From Spirogloea muscicola (lineage: Eukaryota): a DNA stretch of 42,855 bases. Of this stretch, positions 34,242 to 42,855 are shown piece by piece (position 1 is the first letter of the stretch; each line of letters begins with the position of its first letter). The notes beneath the pieces were generated by a model. The model did no database searches and was not told the DNA's origin. It was given only the letters and a program-made list of their open reading frames with translations. Both the position numbers and the translations under genes were made by a program. Where the stretch lies: NCBI GenBank assembly GCA_009602725.1, contig WELB01000003.1, positions 1,452,116 through 1,494,970 of the forward strand, in the 5' to 3' direction.

Positions 34242-36805
34242 ATGTCGGGCGGGTTCTTCCGAGTGAGCCGCTGCGCCGCCTCCGCCTCCATGCCCGCGCC
34301 TCAGTCGCCGCGAAGCGGCTGCGGCATTCACGGTTTGCCCGTGAAAGGCTTCTCTGGCCGTAGTGCCACTCGCTGACGGCGGCAGCGACGGCGGCGGCGG
34401 CGGCGGCGGGTGGCAGGGGACGAGCGCGGAGCAGGACACGCGGTTCTCCAACAAGCAGGCCAAGCTGATCCGCACCATGAAGTTCCCACCGGAGCTGGAG
34501 GAAGTGGTGCGGCGCTCCTCCCTCAGCCCCTTCTCTCCGCCTCCGCCGTCGTCAGCCGTCGTTGGCTGCTTGGCGGCGCCGCTGCCGGAGCCTCCTGCTG
34601 CCGCGCGGGGACGCTCAGCTTGTCTTGGAGGGGCTGAGGGTTTGGCCAATCCGCTTCACATTGCGCGCCAGCCAATGCTCACGACGCCGCTGCCGCCCCC
34701 ACTGTTGCCGTGGGTTTTTCCGGCAGGTGGACATGAGCAAGGTGAAGATGGAGGTGATGAAGCCGTGGATCAACCGGCGCGTGACCGAGCTGCTGGGCAT
34801 CGAGGACGACGTCGTGCTCGGCTACATCCACGAGCTCCTCGTCGGCGTGCGACACCGCGCACCCTTCTCTTCCTCATCTGGACTTCCCTTGACCATCGAT
34901 GCCACATTTGCTGCCGCCGCTGCCGCCCTCTGACCCTACCACTCGCCCGCTCATGTGCGCCCACAGAAGGTCGACGGCAAGAAGGTGCAGATTGCCATCA
35001 CGGGGTTCATGGAGAAGCACACGGGGCGGTTCATGAAGGAGCTGTGGGGACTCCTGACGAGCGCGCAGGGCACTGTCTCCGGCATCCCGCAGCAGTTCCT
35101 CGACGAGAAGGCCGAGGAGCTGCGCATCAAGAAGGTCAGCAGCCGCAGCCGCAACCGCAGCTGCTGCCACATGTCGATTATCGTCGCCTATCTGCCTTTG
35201 GCTTTGTCTGACGGCCTTTGCCTTGGCGGCTTTACTTATCAGGAAGAGGAGGAGCGAATCATGGCGGAGCTGCGGCGGCTGCAGGAGCTGCAGATGGCAG
35301 AGGCAGAGGCAGAGCGCCAGCGTAAGGCGACAGCTGCGGCCGCTGAACGCAGTGCTGCGCGCATTGCCGCTGCCGCTTCCAACACCGCCGCCGGCGAGAC
35401 GCGGCAGCTGGATGATAAGGAGGATGTCAGCGACGCGAGCGGCGATGGTGGCCGCCGCTCCCGCCGCAGCGACAGCCCGTCGCCACCACCGGCGCCTCCC
35501 CGCCGAGGGCGTAGTGGCACGCCGCCACTTCCCCGCCGCCGCGAGTTTCGCGATCGTGACCGAGACTTCCACATCGACCGGCACAGGTGGGACCGGCGCG
35601 AGCGGCGAAGCCCCCCTCCAATGCGGCGACGGCCGCCCTCAGAGGAGCGGGACTTGAGGCCTGGCCGATATGGCGGCGGCCCGCGGCGGGGCCGCAGCCC
35701 TCCTCTGCTGGAGAGGGAGAGGGAGAGGGAGAGGGAGAGAGAGAGGGCGAGGGCGAGGGATGTGGAACAGGAGCGCGAGCATGAGGGCAACCATCGAATG
35801 AACGATACTCGGCGAGCGGGCATCCACACTCTATCGAGACGGACCTCGCCTCCACCGCGGCAGGAGACACCGCCACCTGCGTCGCCGGTGCCGCCACGGG
35901 GTCACCACGTCCGTGACAGCTCTGAGGAGGAGGAGGATGGACCCCGGCGCCCTGCCCACAATTCCCCGTCGCCGCCGGCCCGGTCCCTGCCCTCTCACCG
36001 GAGGCTTGCGAAAGAGGATGCCAGCTTGAAGGAGGAGAAGGAGGAGATGGACCACGCGCCGAGGTCGCCGCCGCCGCCAAGGCTGAGGCGTGACAGAGAC
36101 ACCTCTGCAGATGGAGGGGGCCGCCCTGTGAGTACCGTGGGCAACGGCGCCTTCCCGCCTGGGCCGCCTGCTCGTGCAAGCAAGCCTAACGAGGAGGAGA
36201 GGGAGGAGGAGGAGGAGAAGGACAATCAGCGGTCAAAACTCATGGCTGCATCACTGCCGCCCAAGAATGGCCAACAAGAGCAGGCAGACAGCGGCAGCGT
36301 GGATCGCGCCCTGGGCAAGGTGGATGCTATGGTGCGGCCGGCGCCGGCTGTGAAGGAGGAGGAAGGAGAGGAGGAGGAAGAGGAGGACCCCAAGGACAGG
36401 GACGGGGAGAGTGATGATGATGAGGGGGAGGACGCGCAGGATGGCGGCGAGGCAGCAGGGGCTGCCGCCGGTGCTGACGGCGAGAGCCGCGAGGCCAAGC
36501 GGAAGCGCAAGGAAGAGAAGCGGGCGCGGCGGGAGGAGAAGCACCGGCGCAAGGAGGAGAAGCGACGGCGCAAGGAGGAGAAGCGGGCGCGCAAAGTGGC
36601 CAAGCTGGAGGTCGAGGGGGGCCCGACCTCACTGCTGCCACTGGCAGAGGACGGTGGTTACAAGGAGGGCTATGAGGGCGAGCCAGCGCGCGTGCGGCGG
36701 AAGGTTGCTGATGGTGGGGCAGAGCAGCGGCAGCTCGAGGAGGACCTGCGGCAGAAGGCGCTGCGGTCGCTCCTGGCCAAGAAGAGTGACGCTGGAGCCG
36801 AGTAG
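34242..36805 (+). CDS. SRRM1: PWI-domain serine/arginine repetitive matrix protein (SRm160/SRRM1-like), five exons
   Basis: MSGGFFR|GTSAEQDTRFSNKQAKL..MKFPPEL|VDMSKVKMEVMKPWINRRVTELLGIEDDVV|KKVQIAITGFMEKHTGRFMKELWGLLTSAQ, followed by an R/S/P-rich, RE-rich, acidic tail ending LEEDLRQKALRSL. Confidence 0.95.
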
Positions 36806-38169
36806 AGTAGCCACGCTTGCCCTCTGTCACATGAGCATTACTTAATGCCTCGTCAAAGTCACTGACGACTTCTTGTTTGTCACTTGCATCTTATGGATTT
36901 ATCGCTTGCTGCTCCAATGAAGTAGGCCATTTGGGGCGTTGCTGATGGGCGTTCAAAACCACCAGTAGTCAGCCCCTGCTGACCTACAATCACAAGCAGG
37001 CGATAGCTTGAGCCTTTCCTGTATGCAAGCACTTGAAGGCAAATGCTTGCATTTATGGCCTGGAACATGTTCTCACTGCTTGCCCTTGGGCACATGATAT
37101 GCCCACTAGCCCAGCCGGTCTTCCGACGGCTTTGGTTGTTCTGAGCAGCTTGCACATGACTCGCTTACCAGCTTCTTCAACAAGGAAGCCATCCCTCAGT
37201 GGAGTACTCGTCTATGCGTCTATGCCCTGTCCTACGGGTCTGGAGCCGTTGCAAGTACATCCCCCACTTGTAACTCGACACTCAGGATGACTTGTTAGAG
37301 GTAAGAATACTTGTGCAAAGCACCAAATGCGCTGCTTGTGCACAACTCATGTTGCCAGTAGACACTGTACAGGTGCTGTGGCCCCTGCAAGGTTAGGCTG
37401 ACCTGCACTCAACACTACAATCAGACAGAAGGCAGCAACCGCTGCTGTCAACCAAGATGTTGCCTGATATCAACTATGAATAATCACTAGGACAATGATG
37501 GTGCAACTCCTGATGTAGTAGATCCAGCTACGACTACTTAAGCATATGTCCATGACTGGTAATGCTCTGTTTGTATATGGTTGCTACTTCCTTGGATGAG
37601 CATAAATAATAATTTTGATCTCTGTGAAAGCAGAGGATGACATGGAACGGTCAGTGACATGTATTCCTTGTACATGATTGAGCAGTAGTTCCTGTAAAAC
37701 CTCATGTACGCGTGATAATAGACCTCAACCAGTGTACTGCACATCTGGGCACTTCCTTGCAGGCGCAGTCTTTGAAAGCTTGTGTCACACTTATATTCCT
37801 ATAGTCTTGCAGTTGAGAAAACGATGCAAGTCAAAGGCAGTTGTTAATAAGTGATGGATGGCAAGATTGTGATAGCTTTCACTGGAGCAGGTCAGTGAAG
37901 CATGTCAGCAGGAGGTCCTTTATTTCTGGTGTGTCGCTTTGTCTCACCACCACTGGTAAGTGTCCTGGCCTTGCTGGCTAGTCACAATCATACCGGGTGT
38001 GGCTTCACGTAACCTGGGAGGCTGGGATGGACGTAGAAGACAATAACTCTCTGGGGTACCCGACAGTTGGGCCCTTAGTGGTGTAATCAAGATGAAGGGC
38101 GAAAGGGCAAAGATCAATGGCAGATGTGCAATGTCCACCACTGAAGGTGCTGAATGCAGTGAAGGAGGA

Positions 38170-38520
38170 ACTCAAGTTCAGGTGATAGGGTTCCAGAGCA
38201 CATTTTTGAGCTCTGGAACATACGTCGTGTAATCAAGCATTTGCCTTTCATAGCCTGCAAGCCAGCGCAGGCCGGGTCAGAAGAGGTGGGCCAGCCATAT
38301 TGCATTGTCTTTCTTGAGAGCAATCGCCTCTGCACTGGGAAGTGCTGGGAGCAGAGGAGATCAAATTCAGGTGAAAGGAGGTTCTGGACCACATTTCCGT
38401 GTAGTCAAGCATTTGGCTTAGATTTCCTGCAAGCCAGCGTAGGCCGGGTCACAAGAGGCGGGCCAGCCACGGGACTGCATCGTCCTTCTTGAGAACAAAC
38501 GCCACGTCATCACTGCCAAG
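38170..38520 (-). repeat. Diverged tandem duplication of the ORC1 last exon and proximal 3' UTR
   Basis: TCAAGCATTTG...CCTGCAAGCCAGCG.AGGCCGGGTCA.AAGAGG.GGGCCAGCCA occurs at ~38233-38298 and ~38405-38469, and TTCAGGTGA lies upstream of both. Confidence 0.9.
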
Positions 38521-41500
38521 ATTTGCCGGTGGGCGTCAGTCACAGTGAGTGAGGTCCGTCATCCATGCAACTTTTACTGTTGTCGCTTCTGTATCTAATC
38601 ATAGTTTGTCAGTTACTCTCTGATGCCTGAGCATCCGTGGTCTTCTGTCAAGCTGCTGGAACTTGGTTGCTTATGAGGTGGGGATTTATATGTAAAGCCT
38701 GCAAGATGAATATGCATTAGATCTTGCAGCACTTTTCAGGAGCTACCTTGGCACGTTGAGCTGCAACTTTTGGTGCCGTCGCTTGGTGCCTGGCTCACAG
38801 AGGATGAGGCGGCACACCCCCAAGCGGCACCTGCAGCACAGCAAGCACCAAATCTTACTGCTGCGTCTGTGCAGATGCCCCACACAACATAGGTCAGCAC
38901 TTGGACTCATACCAGAGCTGAGTCTGATGGCCAGTGCAGCTGCCGTCAGAAGAGGGCCATTGGCAAGTTTCCCACAACTCCATCATCGTTTATATGGCAA
39001 GTGAGCACAAGACGACCAAGGATGCCATCATAGTGTATACGTCTTGTCTATAGTAGGAGTGGTATTGCTGACCCAATGGCGCACAGGGTGTCCAAGGGGG
39101 GCACAGCCTCGCCGTGGGCGCGGCAGAGCTGCAGGTGAGCCCCTGCAACGCGCTCGAGCGTGGCCTCTGCCACGCCCGAGCGCCGCCCCTCAAGCACCAG
39201 CGATGCCAGAAACACCTTCTCCTGCTGGCTGCACCTCCCCAGCATCTACATTGAGCCAATGCACATGGCGGCGCTTGAGAACTAGCATACTGCATCACTG
39301 ACGAAGCAACTAAAAATCTCAAACTCATGTCAGCATCTGTCACACGTCTGACAACTGACTCTGCCAGTTGATGAAGACTGCCGCGATGACTCGATGACTC
39401 GTACTTGTCCATATCGACTGTAAGGCAAGCTACGGTGCGGTTTGGGGCAAGCGTGCTCAAGCCACCGACCAGCATGTGGGGCGCCTGAAAGGTCTCCCTG
39501 ATGGCGACGTCGATGTCGGCCATGCCCACGCGCTCGCTCCCTGCATAACAGCATGTCGCGCGTCATGCTCCTCGTGCATGCAGTGACATGCATGCACTGT
39601 GTGCTTGACTATAATGAGTATTCCACGCTGAAGCATGGTGCTATTGCTGCCGAAGATGAAGATTTCATAAGGTTTTGCTAGTCAAGGTTGGAGGAGTTTG
39701 CCAGTGATTTCTTCTGTTGCCACAGGTTGAGAAATGGTGGAAGCGGTTAGTGTGGTTGCGCAGCGCTTCCTGGCTTGGGCCACCTCCACAGCCCTCCGGC
39801 AGAGCTCCAGGGCACGCCGGACATCCCCAGACACAGCCGCCACCTGACAGGTCGCAAAGCTGCCGGTCGTCACAGGCAAGCTCATGGGTCCTGCGGTCTC
39901 GGCCCGCAGGACCGCATGCATGTACCACAGGATGGCCAGGCCCTGCTGCTGACCTTACGGGACGCCAGTTCGACGGCCTGGGCGTCGAACACGGGCGACT
40001 CCTGGAGGCGGGCCGCGACGATCGCCTGGAGCTGCTGCCGTGTGTACGGCGTGAAGGCGACGCGGGTGAGGCCCAAGCGAGACAGGATGCGCGGCAGCAG
40101 GCGCTCCGGGAGGTCCATGGTGTTGGCGATGCCTGGCAACGACAGTCGGGGCACGGCGATGTGAGGCTGGTCCGCTAAGCACTGCAGCAAATTGTCAATA
40201 AAGGACAAGGCCTTATTGTTGTCATTCTTGACTTTGTTGTCGTGCTGATTGTAAAGGGCCCATAGCCTATCGCTTGTCTGTTACGACGATCGAGCGGGCC
40301 AGCCTGCACTCTTTACAGCAGCGTTACGACTTGGAGGACTGCGGTTGGCAGGGCCTCACCAACAACCACGAGCTGCGAGCCTGGGAGCGTTGGCCAATTG
40401 AAGAGGTTGTAGAGGACCTGCCAGCCAGCCGCTGCACAGCGTTACTTATTACAGTGATGGGACACGAAGTATACAGAATCATGCATACTGACAAGCTCTA
40501 CATATAAATGTGAACTATAATAAGACTACGTGGATGCATTCTGCAGTGTCCTATGTCAGATTGCAGCGGAAGCTCTGACTTTTTCAAGAGCGGTGCTGCA
40601 AGTAGAGCCGGGAGGGGCGGATTCACCGTCTGCTTTTTGGTCATGAGGAGGTCGAGCTCGTCCACGAGAAGAATGCATGGCCGCCTTTGCCGCTGCTGCC
40701 GCTGCGATGCGGCACCACTGCTGCCACCGCCGCCTCCACCGGCAAACATGCTCTCCAGCTGCTTGAGCGCCACCTTGTGGCTCACCCGCTGCCCAGTGAG
40801 GCCCTCGTACAGCACCTGCATCGCAAGCAGCCATTGATGAGACCTTGCAGAAAACCCGGTTAGTATTTGTTCTGCATAGGAGAGCCTGCATAATTGACAT
40901 TGGTTAATCAAAGAGCACACTGTGTGAAACAGACGGCAATAGCGTGAACGAGTAAATTGAGTGGTTGGCCTCGTGCAACAGAAAAGGGGCCAGAGCTGAA
41001 AGGCAGCGACAATGATGAGAGTCCCGGCAGTCGACGTGGCAGCGCTGCGGGAGGGGAAGAGGGCCGGACGCTGTAGAGGTGCTGCGGCGAAGGGAGGCGC
41101 AGGCCGTTGATGTCGGCAAGCTGGAAGGGCGGAAGCTCGCTTGCCGCCGCACGTCGCGCCATATTCCGCAGCACCCCCATCACTGTCGCCGTCTGCAGCG
41201 CCCGCTGCCGTCAAGAGTCAGCCGGCGCGTGATTGGCAGCCCCTAAACCATTCCTCATGCATGCAGTTCAGGAACCCTGATGTCAGCCTGCGGGAGGAGA
41301 TGGCGAGTCTGGGTGACAGGGGCTGTGCCAGACCTTGCCGGTGCCAGGCACGCCGCTGACATAGAGCGAGCGACCGAGGCAGTGTGTGCCGCCGTCAGCT
41401 ATGGCCTCCTCAAGGAACGCCTCAATTGCAGCTCGTTCCCTTTGGCAATGACCGCGGCGGGAGGATGCGGCAGAGTCAGGTCGAGCACGGCGCTAGTCCT

Positions 41501-42855
41501 GCATGCAGCAGCTGCGGCAGTCTTGCATAGGCGGGCATGGGATTCACCACCACACCTCTCGCGGCAGGGCAGCGACTTGGGGGCGGCGGCAAGTGCGAGT
41601 GCCGCGCAGGCGCGGTCGAAGGGGTCATGCAACGGCTGGCGTGCCGCTGCGGGGATCTCGGCGCTGCCCACGCGGGCGCCGCCTGCGTGCCGGTGCCGCC
41701 GCAGGTTCTGCAGGGCGTGGCCCAGGCCGGGAGCTGGTGAGGCAGAGCATGTGCAGGCAAGGGCTTGCAGTGCTCGAGGAGGGCACACTAATTGCAACAG
41801 CAGCAGAATGCGGCTAATGATAATGCAAGAGCGGCTGTAATGGCCAGCCCGGTGCATACAGAGGGTGTTCAGGATTTACTTTGCATTATTGTTATGATTA
41901 TATTAGCAAAGTTAGAGCAGCAGATGTTGACACTCACGGCGGCTTTCAGTGAGGGGGTGACTGCTGCTCGCCGGCCACTGCCGCGTTTCTTAGTTGCGGC
42001 CCTGCCATCCAGCTGCCTCCTTCGCCTGCGCTTGCGTACCATGGCGCCCCCGCCGTCGTCCTCTGACGGCGACGAATACGAGCCACCGCCGCCGTCGAAG
42101 TCGCTGCCACTGCTGCTCCCGCTGGCGCCTCTGTCGCCGCCGTCGGCCTGCGGCAGCGCCACGACGATAAGCGTGGCCAGGCAGTCGGGACTCACTACCG
42201 GGTGCTGTAGACTGACCGCTCTCTCACCTCGGCAGGGAGCCGCGAGAAGCGATGCCACGCGGCGTCGTACTCGTACTCGCAGAAGTAGACGTCGTCGCCG
42301 CCGTCGGCCGCCGCTCGGAAGGCCGCCAGCGGCAGCACGTGGCAGCGCCGCACGATCGAAGCGACCTGGCCGCACGCCCATAACATACAGTCAATTGGTT
42401 AGAGTTAACAGCTAACTGATCTTGTTAGCGTCCATAGTCAGCTCAGGCTCAGCATCGAAGTCAGTGCGGGATGTGAGGACCTGGATGTCGTCCTCGACGA
42501 CGGAGAGGAAGAGCTCGCGTGCGCCGTGGTGGCGCTGCCGGCCGCAGTGCGCCTCCTCGGGCAGCATGTACCACCGCACGCGGCAGCCGGCGCCGCCGCC
42601 CTCGGCCCTCCACAGCCTGCCGCCGCCGCCGCCGCCGCGCACCGTGAGCCGCGGCCGGCAATGACAAATGTGGGCAAGGCCGGCTGGCGGCGATGGCAGT
42701 GGTGAGAAGCGCGGACCGCTGGATGCGCGCCGCGAAGAGCTCCTGCGCGAGGAAGCGCTCGCGCAGAGTGCGGCTGCGGCGCTGCCGCTCCGAGTGCGGC
42801 TGGTCGCCGTCGACCGCGGCCTCGGCAGCTCCATCGGCGGCGGCGGCCGCAGGGC
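38449..42855 (-). CDS. ORC1: Origin recognition complex subunit 1 (BAH + AAA+ + winged helix), 5' end outside the window
   Basis: BAH: RVRWYMLPEEAHCGRQRHHGARELF and DDVYFCEYEYD. Also PKSLPCRE, Walker A LYVSGVPGTGK, INGLRL, Walker B ILLVDELDLL, VLYNLFNWP, IANTMDLPERLLPRILSR and VAAVSGDVRRALELCRRA. The last exon (38512-38449) reads DDVAFVLKKDDAVPWLARLL*. Confidence 0.96.

Noticed and set aside
34174..34409. (GCC/GGC)n tracts near gene starts (also ~530, 5900, 10335, 10830, 42620)
   Set aside because: Ordinary microsatellites typical of GC-rich 5' regions.
36850..38150. Possible small gene between SRRM1 and ORC1
   Set aside because: Only short ORFs without recognisable motifs; consistent with convergent 3' UTRs or intergenic DNA.
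2347..42855. Functional cell-cycle gene cluster (RAD9, kinesin-7, ORC1)
   Set aside because: These genes are interspersed with unrelated housekeeping genes, and there is no evidence beyond chance adjacency.

Overview
Intron-rich, GC-rich eukaryotic nuclear DNA. It is most consistent with a streptophyte green alga (inferred from plant-type SMO2, kinesin-7, SWI3 and VPS55 proteins and TTTAGGG repeats). Eight spliced genes are recognisable: a C2orf69/UPF0565-family protein (+), RAD9 (-), sterol 4-alpha-methyl oxidase SMO2 (+), SWI3/SMARCC (-), a CENP-E-like kinesin-7 (+), VPS55 (-), PWI-domain SRm160/SRRM1 (+) and ORC1 (-, 5' end outside the window). An assembly gap lies at 19809-20216. Four non-routine observations stand out. 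(1) 5'-truncated non-LTR retrotransposons with a restriction-like endonuclease (CRE-like) are present; 3' ends of several subfamilies are piled into a bidirectional 1.8 kb mosaic and share a C-terminal peptide and a 3'-UTR stem-loop. (2) The SWI3 retains the animal BAF155/170-type N-terminal module together with a ZZ-type finger. (3) A fold-back with ~170 bp arms is built from a signal-peptide-like exon. (4) The stop-codon regions of SMO2 and ORC1 are tandemly duplicated, and the ORC1 copy keeps a splice acceptor and reading frame. All calls come from reading the sequence and recalled family motifs; no searches were run, and some exon boundaries are approximate.
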